DNA of 64,000 nucleotides from Spizellomyces punctatus DAOM BR117 (Eukaryota), in assembly GCA_000182565.2 (NCBI GenBank), contig KQ257452.1; one strand, given 5' to 3'. Positions 1 through 11,839 of the stretch are shown here, one piece after another. Under the pieces are notes generated by a model. It was not told where the DNA came from and made no database searches. It worked only from the letters and a program-made list of their open reading frames with translations. A program made the position numbers and the translations under genes. The number at the start of each line of letters is the position of its first letter. Within the stretch, counting starts at the first letter, position 1.

Positions 1-1
1 G

Positions 2-157
2 CAAAACACAATGCTTCCGCCGGATTATAAACGTCCTGCAACGTTACCAAGGGTTGCTGGACGGATTGTGAGTGAAATTGGGGAAGAGATGACGGGACGG
101 ACTCCTACTGCGACACCAGGTTCACTGCAGCGAAATCAATCTTCATCCACCTCCTAA
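2..157 (+). CDS. Possible 3' end of a gene entering from the left edge, product unknown
   Basis: Frame open from base 2 (QNTMLPPDYKRP...NQSSSTS) to TAA at 155-157, followed by AT-richer UTR-like sequence. No recognisable motif. Confidence 0.35.
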   Translation, partial: QNTMLPPDYKRPATLPRVAGRIVSEIGEEMTGRTPTATPGSLQRNQSSSTS

Positions 158-779
158 CTCATTCGCTGGGACTGCTTTTCTACTCCTAATGATCTCTGCG
201 ATTTTCTATATCGTAAACTGGACACGATACGAAATAACGTAATTCTTTAACTGGATTTTAAGCTACTGGCGACATTGTAAAGGTTGCTGACTGGGTTCTG
301 CACAAGGCGAAGGGGGAGGGAGTGAGGACTGATGAGCACCAGTACAGGGCTGGACTCTGTACTTAGCAATTGAATGTGTTTTTTATCTTGTACTTTTTTT
401 TTGTAAATGTGTACATAAATACTCGTCCTTAACTGTAACCCAAATCCGTCCAAGCCAACGGATAGTGATCATATCGCCAGGACATACTAGTGCTCATAAC
501 TGATTTCAATTTTGTATAACAAGAAGACTGTCGGATTTATCAACAATTCATCTACTTGAAAGACACACCTGAAGGTACCTCAAGTAAACTACAATTTACG
601 CTGCCTTCCCTTGGTAGGGTGTCTCATTTGAGTTTCGTTCGTATTATGACTTTACCAGCTTCAACATAGATGTTGTAACACACTCCGGGACCTCATGAGC
701 CAGACGTACACCTACTGCACATTCGGCGCTTCAAAGTTGGAAGTCATCACCTCAGAGCTCTCAGTGTCCATCACAGGGC

Positions 780-1751
780 TCAGAGCTTTGATGGCCTCTG
801 CTTTGACCACGAAGGCTTGGTTTTCTTTAAAAATGCAGACATTCCATCCCGCGCCTCCTCCGACTGAAGCATCTTTGTAAAGACTTCCTTTACATGTGGG
901 ATCGCATCTTCATGTGCGGGCGATTCAGAAACCAATCGCACGAGGTGTTTGACATTCGTCAGTGCTCCAGGAGCTCCTTCGATCAGCAAATCAGAGTACT
1001 TTCTCGTACATGTATCCAAAGCCACCTCGTCATCCACTACTTCGGATAAGGCACCAATGCGAAGGCATTCCTTGGCGGTCACCTTCTCTCCTGTCAACAT
1101 GTACTGACGGGTTCGAAATGGACCCAGCTGGGGCGTAATATACAGCGATATTATGGCAGGGACAAGTCCTCTCCGCACTTCAGGGAACGAGATATACGCG
1201 GATGCGACAGAGACTCGGATATCGCAGCAAAACAATACACCGACCCCGCCGCCCAGGCAAGGACCGTTGACGCGAGCAATGACCGGCTTGGGTGAATTTG
1301 CTATTGACTCAAAAAACCTGTAGCCGGCCTCCACCTGCGGACTCGAAGACCTTCCGTTTTGCGCTGTTGACGAGCCCCCCAAGTCCATTCCTGTACAAAA
1401 GTACTTGCCTGATAGTGTTTCGTCGATTACGGTTGTGTCACGATATTATGATACTCGCTGAATGAGACTTACATACCAGTGCCGGTCAGAACAATAACCC
1501 TGACGACAGGATCTTCATTCGCACGTGCAAAGGCGTCTGGTATTTCCTTTGACATTGTACTCGATATGGCATTCGCTCGTTCAGGATAGTTGAGCTACAC
1601 CGTTGAATGAATGGCGACATTTAGCAAATAAAGTCCCCTAGATATGCAGACAATTGCAAGATGTTGCGGCACATGAGACTCAGACGCTCACCGTGATCGT
1701 AGCCACACCATCATTGACAGAGTACAGGATTTGTTGATATGGAGCGGACAT
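780..1751 (-). CDS. Crotonase-family enoyl-CoA hydratase of the LiuC/AtuE (methylglutaconyl/isohexenylglutaconyl-CoA hydratase) type with C-terminal PTS1 (SKL); spliced
   Basis: ATG at 1751 (MSAPYQQILYSVNDGVATIT). Motifs YFCTGMDL, KPVIARVNGPCLGGGVG, FPEVRRGLVPAIIS and SEEARDGMSAF; ends PSKL-stop. GGGVG (no first catalytic Glu) is the bacterial LiuC/AtuE pattern, not the AUH pattern GGGLE. Confidence 0.9.
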
Positions 1752-1821
1752 GGCGGATATTGTCCTTTGGGAGGTCGCATCAACCACATCTAGTGGCCTG
1801 CTGCGCACAGGAACAGGTCTC

Positions 1822-1839
1822 TGAGTCATAATGAGTCAT
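1822..1839. promoter_or_regulatory. Two AP-1/Gcn4-type sites in a 172-bp bidirectional promoter
   Basis: TGAGTCA at 1822-1828 and ATGAGTCAT at 1831-1839, between the divergent ATGs at 1751 (-) and 1924 (+). Confidence 0.5.
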
Positions 1840-1923
1840 GACGGTGTGCTCTTACGAGGGTTCTGCTGGCTCCTTTTGTCCTTGTGCTTCTCTCTGGCCT
1901 TTACGGTCTGTCCTTATCCAGCC

Positions 1924-4900
1924 ATGTCCAACCCAGCTGTCCGTCTGGCATCTATTGCCCTTCACCTACAGTCAACCGGAGCCAGTCGCTCTGGTGGAGC
2001 CGGTCATTCGTTCGAAGTTAGCCCGCGACCAGAGGTATATTCGATACGCTAGGTATTCTCAATATGTTCAGGAATGGCTTATTCTCTTTGGTCTTTCAGC
2101 TGAACCAGCCGATGGCAGATATCCTACGCGAGAGAAAAAATGCCTCGTTTGATGTGAATCTCATGCAGACATATTTAAACGGAGGGAAGGAATACACCCA
2201 GGCAAAGGTACGGTGCTAACTTGGATCAACGTAAAGTTACAAGGAGGAAAATGCAACAAGAGTAGTTAGACTACTTTCTATATACCATGATGCACTCTCT
2301 TTCATGGACGTTTATAAAGCTATCTGTCTTTCATAGGAAATCGCGTATCAGATCATCCGACGCGATCCAATTCTCTTGTTCGATGGAGGAAACGACTACG
2401 ATCTTACGCGACCGGAAGCGCGAGAGAAAAGTATGGCACAAGTCCGCCGGTTTGTGGAAATATACCATAGCCTGAAGAACCCCATTCAACAGAAGGCATT
2501 TGAGGTCGTTCTATCGTACGTGTCCACGTCCGTATGGGGTAACCAGACCTTTCCGATAACCTAACATCCGACTTGTGCAAAGGTCCTACTCAGAGTCCTT
2601 TGGAATGCGTCTCTATGTGCATCATATGCTATTCAGAAACTCTATCAAGATGTTTGCGAGTGAGGAGCAAAAGAAAAAGACGACATGGGTGAAAGATATC
2701 GACGACTTTAGCGTGCTGGGGTGCTTTGCCATGGTAAGTGGAAAGCACAGCATAGCCTCCATGTCGTGAACCTCAAAATCTCAAACATTTCTCCTTGTCA
2801 AAGACGGAGCTCGGTCATAGGTATCCGAGCCCAATTTTTGTTGGATCGCCAGTACCCACTTCTAATATGTACCAACTGGTGTTTGAAGCTCGTCCCTTCG
2901 AGATCTGGAAGCCACTGCGACTTTTGATCACGCTACAGATTCGTTCATTCTCCACAGCCCGACATTAACCAGCACGAAATGGTGGATCGGGATGTCTGGC
3001 CAGGCTGCTACACATACGGTATTCCTAGCCCAAACGATCGTCAAAGGCAAAAACTGTGGTCTCAACTGGTTTATGGTCCCTCTTCGCGATCGGCATACTG
3101 GGAGGTTGTTTCCCGGAGTAACCTGCGGAGATATTGGAGCGAAAGCAGGGCGACATGGACTTGACAACGGATGGATCCAGTTGACGCAAGTGCGAATCCC
3201 AAGAGAAAACATGCTGATGCGCTGGTCGCAGGTTAGTTACCTATAACTCAAGTTATTTGTAGTAGGTGTATTCGTTAATTAAACAAACCTGCATAATGGC
3301 AGATCGATCGTGAAGGGAATATAAGCGAACCTCCAAACCAGGCTCTTGTGTACGTCTATCCTTCGGTCGCTCTGTATCTGTACATGCTGACATAGAAACT
3401 TCTAGATATGCCACACTTATCGCAGAGCGTCTCTGTACAGTTGATGGGACAAATAATCTCTGTGGACAAGCCCTGACAATTGCCACGAGATATAGTTGTG
3501 CACGACGCCAGGGAACTAGCAACCAGCAGATTATGGACTATCAAACACATTATGTCAATTTGATGCCCGGAGTTGCCGGAATGTATGTCTTGTCGCTGGT
3601 GGATCGGTATGTAACTCGCTCTCCCAGCTCCCGCATTGTTTTTGGCTTCTGACCTTTTTCCTATGGTCACCAGTTGTCTCTGGGCGTACTGGGATCGCAT
3701 GGAGGAACTGTCTCGTACAAACACCGAGGAATATTTGTACGTTATTTTTTCAGTCCAACATTCACATCGTACACATTAACGACGCGAGTGCTTATAGGCA
3801 GTACCTAAATGACATCCATTGCGTCGCCGCGGGTGCAAAAGCTTCCATTACTTGGTGGGGTTCTGAAATACTCGAACGATGCCGAAGAGCGATGGGTGGA
3901 CATGGGTTTAGCGCGTACAGTGGGATTCCGTCTATTATCGGCGACTGGGGAGTATTTACAACAGGCGGCGGGGACAACTTTCCTCTGGCGCAACAAACCG
4001 CGGTATATAGCCTCTTCTGTATCACAGACGTAGAGACTGCTCATTGACTTTGATTCATTCAGCGATATGTGCTTAATTGCGTCAACAGATCAATGCAAGG
4101 AAAGCCCAACTTTGGAAGTGCCGAGTACCTCAAGGATATCAAGGCCATCCTCGAGTTTAATGTGTGCCCAGCCGATTCATCCGCCGCGTGGTTGGATTTG
4201 CCTTTACTGCAAAGACTCTTTGCGTCTTTGACCGTCAAGCTGGTACGTCTTTAGGCAAGTGAGATGTGGAAGCATTTTTTCAAACTAATGTGATGGCATT
4301 ATCTAGGCTATGAGAATTGGACAGCGCTTGGCACCGGTTGCTAAGAAGGGCCAAGATAAAGTCGAAGCTGTGTGGAACGAGCATCAGCTTGACGTTCTGC
4401 GCCTCAGGTGAGATTACGATGCGACCTCTTAATTAGGACTGCTTCCGAATGATTATATTGGCTGATGATTTTTGTCTCTGCGCCGAACGCCAGCCACCTC
4501 CACACCATCCACTACCTGCTTTCCCTCTTCACATCCAGCGTCAGCTCGCTTGGATCCGAATACACTAGCTTGAAACCCATCTTGACAAAAGTCGGGCTTA
4601 CATGGGCGTTGGACATGGCTGTCCGTGACCTGGATTTGATGTTGGAGGAAGGGTTTGTTACCGCTGCCCAAGCACAGAATTTGAGAGTGGCGAGAAATGG
4701 AATCTGCAAGGAGCTGAGAAACGATGTTATTCCCTTAATGGATGGTACCGTTGTTCAGCCATTTCTAATGCCATTGTAGTATCTAAGAATTATGACTAAT
4801 TTCCCGCTTTTCTGGTCATATCTATGTAGCATTTGGAAGACCGGATTTCCTCTTGAAGAGCCCCTTGGGACGGTACGATGGAGATATTTACAACGGTAAT

Positions 4901-5071
4901 GCCTTTGTTTCACGCTTCTCCATTGTTGACCGCGACAGTTCCCTCTGTATTTACTATTAATGGTTTTCTGCAGCCTACTTTGACACTGTTACTAGAGCTC
5001 CCAACTGCTATGGCCCTGCCAATTACTGGAGTACGGAAGTGGAACCGCTCCTTACACGGGTCCGACCTTGA
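1924..5071 (+). CDS. Acyl-CoA oxidase family protein with N-terminal PTS2; multi-exon
   Basis: MSNPAVRLASIALHL contains the PTS2 pattern RLx5HL. Motifs GCFAMTELGHSS (spliced through a 17-nt micro-exon at about 2804-2820), TKWWIG, GVTCGDIGAKAGRHGLDNG, IPRENML, TIATRYSCARRQ, CRRAMGGHGFS and SPLGRYDGDIY; stop TGA at 5069-5071. Confidence 0.9.
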
Positions 5072-5341
5072 TGTCTATTATAGAGATGACTTTTGGGGGG
5101 AAATTTTGTAAACAAGGGATAAGAAGGACTGCTAATCCTAAATACTTGTAAAATGGTAAATGTCTATGCCAGCAACCATTGGGTATTCCCTACAATTGCA
5201 TATTTGAAAAGCTGTGAAGTTGTACAGTGATCGCCGTTGACGCGACACGACGACGCGACACGTACGTTGTAGTTTGTGATAGTACTGAGGACTCTGGAGA
5301 CCACAGACATCACAATTTCGAACTGTCCTTTTCCACACACA

Positions 5342-7806
5342 ATGTCCGTCGCTCAGGCGCCACCTTCCAACGGACATCAATATCGTCGGATAAAGTCCAA
5401 GGTCGATACGTCCCGCCCAGAATACACGGCCAATCATGCCGAAATGTCAGGGCTGGTGCAAGAGCTCCGCGAAAGGTTACGGGAGGCTACGGGACAGGGA
5501 CGAAAAAAAGTGATACAACGGCATTTGGAGAGAGGGCAGTTGCTGGGTATGTAGATATGTTCTAGACTGTCAATACTGGCCGTACGTGATGAAATGAGGA
5601 CTCCCCAACGTCCGCGACCGTTTGACTTGGAAAACTAAAGGAACCAACTCCCCCTTTTGCTTTTGCAGCTCGCGACCGTATTGAACTCTTGATAGATGAA
5701 GACTCTCCATTCCTCGAGTTGATGCCATTGGCAGGCTGGGGACAGGAAGATATGACCATTGGCGGCTCTACAGTTGCAGGCATAGGCCTCGTTTGGTGGG
5801 GACACAATCATACGTTTCGCTCTTGTTTTAAGCCCTTGAATAAGACTTGGAGTACTCCAAAACAGCGGTGTGGAAACTCTTATAGCTGCAAATATACCTA
5901 CCATTGCAGGCGGTGCAACCAATGAAGCGGGCGTGAAGAAGGCACTAAGGCTTCATGAAATTCAGATGGAGAATCGGCTGCCTGGGATCTGGCTCACGCA
6001 ATCGGTATGATTGTGCTCTAGTCAGCTGCAGGCGCATACATTATCCCTAATACCAAAGCGGTGTGAAGGCTGGTGCAAATCTAGGGCAGCAATCCCAAGT
6101 ATTTCATGCAGGAGGTGGAAATTTCCGAAATTTGGCCATTCGGTGCGTACTGCGATCACGTCTCAGGCCTGTACCAGTCCTGTCTTACACTTATTCTTGG
6201 CGTATCTCAGGTCTAAAGCCAACATCCCAACCTGCTGCGTTGTTTTCGGTAGCTCTACTGCCGGCGGTGCGTACACCCCGGGAATGTCAGATTATGTTAT
6301 TATGGTCAAGGTACTGTCTCGCACCTCACCTTGGTCGCATACACGTGTACGCTCACTGCTGATATTTTGTACTGTTCAGAATCAAGCCCAAGTCTTTCTG
6401 GGTGGGCCTCCACTCGTCAAGATGGCCACTGGTGAAGTCGTTGATGCTGAGTCTTTGGGTGGCGCGGAAATGCACAGCATAAAGTCTGGTAGGAGCCAGC
6501 TCCGTAACGGTTGAAAAACGTGCGCAGAATTCTGATTGCCGTCCCATATCAAAATAATACGCAGGCCTCTCTGATCAATTGGCCGACGATGAGCTGCATG
6601 CCATTCGCATGGCACGTGAGTGGGTCGAAGGCCTCAACTGGGAAAAGGCCGGTTCACTTCCTATGACACACATCACGGGCCGTTTTGAGGAGCCGGTTTA
6701 TGAATCTGGTAAGTCTTGCAAGTCGCAGCGCCAGCTCAATTCGATGTTGCTCACGAAGAGGCTACTGTGTGTCCATTAGAGGAACTTTTAGGAATAGTAC
6801 AAGCAAACATCCGTCTCCCGTTCGAATGCCGCGAGGTTATTGCGCGAATTGTTGATGGTAGTCGGTTCAGCGAGTTCAAACCGCTATACGGAAACAACCT
6901 TGTTACCGGGTTCGCCCATGTATACGGTTAGCTGATGATCGAATGCCCTATTACAGATACCGGTGGAAACTAGACATTTTCTCTCTATGAAGGAATTCCA
7001 ATCGGTATTATTTCGAATAACAGCGTCATCTTTCCAGAGGAAGCAAATAAAGCCACTCAATTCATACAACTGTGCAATCAACGGTAGGGTGCACTGTAGT
7101 GTTGTATTCGATTGCAAACTGCAGTCCATTGATGGCTGGCCGTAAATATCTAGATCAACACCCATCCTCTTCCTTCAAAACATCACTGGATTCATGGTCG
7201 GACGCGTATACGAGGAAGCAGGGATCATCAAGGCGGGTGCCCGATTCATTAATGCGGTATCAAATAGCTGCGTACCACACATAACTATCAACATGGGCGC
7301 AAGCTATGGGGCCGGGAACTACGCTATGTGTGGACGAGCATACCGGCCAAGGTAGGTTAATGTGTCCGAGGATGTAATATGTGCAATGACAGCATCTTAC
7401 GCTGACATTCTTTTATGGACAGATTTTTATTTTCTTACCCAAACAGCAAGTGTTCTGTTATGGGACCCGAGCAACTAACGGGTGTCATGGACATTATTGC
7501 TCGTGAAGCGGCTGCTCGGTAAGTCAGTTGCACACTTGTGGTCACAAGTAAGAGGTTACTAACCAGTACTTCACTCTCTATCGTAGAGCGAATCGCAAGG
7601 TGGATGAAGAAGCCCTTGCAGCACGTCTGGAGGTTTTTAGGTCCGCCGTTGCTGAGGAACAGGATGTGTACTTTACGTCATCCCGACTGTTAGATGATAG
7701 TATCATTGACCCAAGGGACACCCGGGACATTCTGGGCATTTGTCTCAGTGTTATTTATGGGGCTGAAGTGAAAGGCGGGAACTTGTATGGCGTTGCTAGG
7801 ATGTGA
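5342..7806 (+). CDS. Acyl-CoA carboxylase carboxyltransferase (beta) subunit, AtuC/AccD2-like branch of the MCC-beta family; ends in PTS1-like ARM
   Basis: Motifs [79 protein letters not shown] and [16 protein letters not shown]-terminus YGVARM. No obvious mitochondrial presequence. Confidence 0.88.
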
Positions 7807-8074
7807 GAGTAGACCTCTAAAGCTGGCTGCAGTTGACGGACTCATTGAGTGGTGGACAGTCATGCAGCTTCAACTAGCTAGTTAGAGAACAATCAATGGA
7901 GAAGAACTCGAGTTCAGTACATACGTTCATGACGACGAGACAAAAATAAATATTTCACTTCCAGGTATGCAACAGGAGAAAACTGCGAAGGGGGCAAGGT
8001 GATTTTTGCTTTGTACATACAAATATGCATTACATAAATGCAACTTGAAAAAAAGGACCAGGTGAAAGCGTCTA

Positions 8075-8157
8075 TGGGTGCTGTGAGATTCGAACTCACG
8101 CCTCCGGAGAGACTACGACCTGAACGTAGCGCCTTAGACCAACTCGGCCAAACACCC
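8075..8157 (-). tRNA. tRNA-Leu, anticodon CAG, intronless
   Basis: Reverse complement GGGTGTTTGGCCGAGTTGGTCTAAGGCGCTACGTTCAGGTCGTAGTCTCTCCGGAGGCGTGAGTTCGAATCTCACAGCACCCA: acceptor stem GGGTGTT/AGCACCC, anticodon stem CTACG/CGTAG with loop TT-CAG-GT, long variable arm, GTTCGAAT T-loop, discriminator A, and a downstream T-run (8048-8054) fitting a Pol III terminator. Confidence 0.95.
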
Positions 8158-8653
8158 ATGCTGAATTAAGTCTTCTCTAAAACTTGTATATTGTCATGCG
8201 GCGTTTGCCCGCTCAACTATACATTGACAAGTGTCTCCCATTATCCCCGTATTGATGACATTGTACCCTAATCGACACAACATTGTTTCTGGTAAGACCT
8301 GGAGAGTGTCCCTCAAGAATATCTCGAAATAGTTACCGCAAACGAAGCCCAGGCTCAAAAGTATGTCCTCCGGTTAGGTATGGGAGGCGTTTAGTAATGT
8401 ACTGGGAGATGATGACAAAGGATTCCATGCCTGAAAACGTAGACGCTTGCGTATCCTCACGAGGATATGTTACTCCAAATAATTTTAACGCCGAGATAGC
8501 TAGATGATGGTTAGGATCATGTATATTTTTGGTTATTTCGGCTTGGAGTAGAGACGAGGGCTGTATTTCAATAAAAGGATGCGCGAGCTGCCTTTAACTT
8601 CTTTGCACACGTTAGAGATTTTGCTCGCTTAAGGAACTTTGTTGAAATAAAAT

Positions 8654-10751
8654 ATGGAGTCAAACCGTTGTTCAGTTTACGGTGATAGTCCGGGAACGCC
8701 TACCTCTGCGACAGCCAAGTCGCCATTTTTGGGAGAAGGGCGTGCTAGACGGGTGACGGTTGGTGAATGTGATAATCCACGACGGTCCGTCGCAGAAGAG
8801 AATGGGCAACCAAGAGAGAGGAAGAAACTTTGGCGGATACCTTTTGTTGTGCCAATGATCTGTATGTTGTCTTTGTGGGTGTGCTTTAGAGTTATCCTGA
8901 AATTGTGATGGTGTTTCTCATTGGTGATGGTTATCAGCGATTCCCGTTCTCATATCTGTTGTGGCAATCTCCATCATTGGGTTCATGGCATTCAAAGGGG
9001 CAGACCAGACTGTCGACGAGAGTAAGTTTTGCTTTACCCGCAATATAGAGTTGATTCTGTCGATGCTCAAATCATCTTGTCCTTCACCAGTTACCGAGAC
9101 CTTACAGGACATTACAATGGATCGAGTTTATGATAGTGTAACATCCCTCGTTCAACAATGCTCTGATGCCCTTACGATTCTCGGACGTTCTCAGCCATCC
9201 TACGGCTCTTCCAAAGGATTGAATCCAATGTGACCAATATTTTATCGGATGATGTTACTGTGTAGGTTGCATATTTTTTTCGTTTCCATATGTCCGCTAA
9301 GAAGATAACATGCAGCCCATAGCATCTCCCAACTGTACGCGGTTGCGGCAACCTATGACTTTCTAACCTCTGCTGGCTTGGAAGTCTATCGTGACGAGAG
9401 TGTGATCTTTGCTACACCAAAGGTGCTCATGTTGCAGGACGGCTCATCCTATAACAACGTGACAAATGTCACCGATTTTGCCGTAAGATATGTCACTGGA
9501 GTCAATAATTATAGTGAAATGCAGTTTGGCCCACTTAACCGCTTACCGTGGCATTACTGGCAATCGGTAAGATTCGATGGTTATCATTGAATGTTGGGAA
9601 CAAAATAGCTACCAAGGGCAGGAAACTAACTTTACCTTCTAGATTGAACTCCCTTCGTTTCCCGATGGAAACAGTACTACGGTCTGGTCTGACTATTATG
9701 TCGGTTTAACCGAAATTTACTACCCCATCAAATGGCCAATATGGTGGGTACTGTGTAGTATATTGATGTTTGGCATATTGTTTGTTATAACACGAAGCTC
9801 TGACGCAACCAAACATAGGGCTGGCCTTCCTTTTGGCAAGGCGGATCCCGATGTCCCGCCTTTTGGAGCTGTGACATTAGCACTTTCGGTGACCAGTATT
9901 CAACGCATTCTGAGCAAGGTCTACGTTAGTCCTAATGCAGTTGTCGCATTGTGGTACGGTCCTTGTCTCTAAATTTCCTTCAGTCGCAAGTGCGCGGGTG
10001 TACTTAATGGTTATTTTCTGCAACAATTAGGGAACCAAGCGCAAACAGCAGTGTCTACTTTCACATGATTGCTGCCAGCGTGCCCAATATCAGCATACAC
10101 GCCGGGGACCGCTATTCCGCACTCGACTGCCCTCATAAGCTGTTATCGCAAGTCGCGCGTCGCTTGCAGTTGATTTACCCCAACTCCACTGCTTTCCCCA
10201 ATGAAATGTGGACAACTTTTAATGACTTGCCGGACGGCGATGGGACCATTCTCGTCAGCGCACGATGGATTAGTAACATTGTAGACCCGAATGGTTTCAA
10301 GTGGTTAGTTGTCGCCGTGATACCAAAGAACGACTTTCTAAAGACAATGCAGCAAACCCGTAAGCGCGTTATTGGAGCTGTTGCCGGTACAACGGCAGCA
10401 ATGGCAGTTTTTGCGATCATCATGGCCTACTTTCTGGTTTCTCCTATCAAGAAACTCTCCCAAACAATGATCCAGGCAACCGACGTTGACTTTTCCGCTA
10501 TTCGCGATGGATACTTGACCAAAAACAGTATTTTCGAACCACTGGAAATCGCACAGTGCAAAGAGGTCTTTAACATTATGTTGACCCGATTTGCGAAAGC
10601 CATTCAGATCAATAAGAGCTTGCAGGGAAACAGAGCACCAGCACTGGCATCAGCTCTGGTGTCATCTACGACTCCGCAGGCAAGGACTCAAAATAAGAGG
10701 TTGTCGGAGGTTTCTGGACAGAGTGGGGCCTCGGAGGAAGGACAAAGATAG
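8654..10751 (+). CDS. Two-TM membrane protein with Cache-like extracellular region and HAMP-like domain, no visible output domain; multi-exon
   Basis: TM1 (AIPVLISVVAISIIGFMAF); extracellular region ending GFKWLVVAVIPKNDFL (Cache-like end); TM2 (VIGAVAGTTAAMAVFAIIMAYFLV); HAMP-like SPIKKLSQTMIQA...LEIAQCKEVFNIMLTRF; short low-complexity tail; stop at 10751. Confidence 0.7.
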
Positions 10752-11839
10752 TTGACACCCGGTGTCCGCATTAAAGGCTATTCCAGTGCCTGTTTGAGTG
10801 GACTTTTTTTTAGTTGAGATTTGTTTTATTTTCCTTGCTGGACGACTGAGTAAAGAATAAGGCATACCCACTTACGCACATCGGTGATTTGATTTTAAGC
10901 CTAGCGAGAGACTGAACAGGCCAGTAAATCATCCAATAGATGTTCTAATCCTTGGCTGTCAAGTTTACACCACACTATCGTGAGGGTGTCGCTGCTTGAC
11001 AGGATATGTAGTCTCTGTGGGCTTTGATTTGTCAGATGTATCAAAAATTCGAGATACAAAAGACTTATAGTATCATACTTCATCAACATATCTTTGGTCT
11101 GGATATAATGGGAGACATTGACCTTACAAAAACAAATGCCGTTACTTGCTCGTGATGGAGATCCTCGTCAAAAGAACCTTGGTAAGATAAAGCAAATCTA
11201 AATCACAAGTGTTTTCTTGCTCGCACATGAGTACGGCGAGACTTCCAACTCTGCTCAACCAGACTTTCAATATCACTGTATTTATGGTGAAGCCAATGAT
11301 GTGGGCGAGTCGTGACTGACGAAGCTTGCATATCTTCTACGATATCGTTACAAAGGTGCATTACGAAATAAGCGCTCAGATTAGCTGTGGAGGACACTGG
11401 ACCCGCATGTGCATTATGCTATCGATAGTCGCAATTGAGATATGCGGTAAAACAAGTACGAAGCTCCCAACCCTATTCATCCATGTAGCGGCCACTGGTT
11501 CTCTACTGTGTAGTAAAGGCTTCTCGTACTTTAACCCCAGTGGCTCATAAGATCTACGGCCAAGAAACCATTCTTCGTCCTCAACTTGGCACACTAAACA
11601 TCTTTTCAAATGGGAGCGACCAGATCAGTTACATCGTTCAGGTGGAAAATAGATGCAAGAAATTCCAAAATATGTAAAGTTTCAAGTCACTGCTTCTATG
11701 ACGGTTTTCCAGTATTTTTCCAGTATTTTTCCAGACTCTTTCATACATCTTCAACATAAAACCAGTACTTTGAAAACCTTTGATATATTCAGCACTTTGT
11801 AAATTCTCCAACTAAAAACCCAACGTCCAAATCGCAACT

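Noticed and set aside
8075-8157. tRNA(CAG) as a sign of CUG codon reassignment
   Set aside because: U33 and discriminator A are normal Leu features, and CTG falls at conserved Leu positions in the nearby genes.
7806-8157. Functional link between tRNA-Leu and a possible leucine-catabolic cluster
   Set aside because: Adjacency alone; no mechanism is visible, and the cluster substrate may not be leucine-derived.
7914-8159. 81-aa minus-strand ORF
   Set aside because: It reads through the tRNA-Leu gene; spurious.
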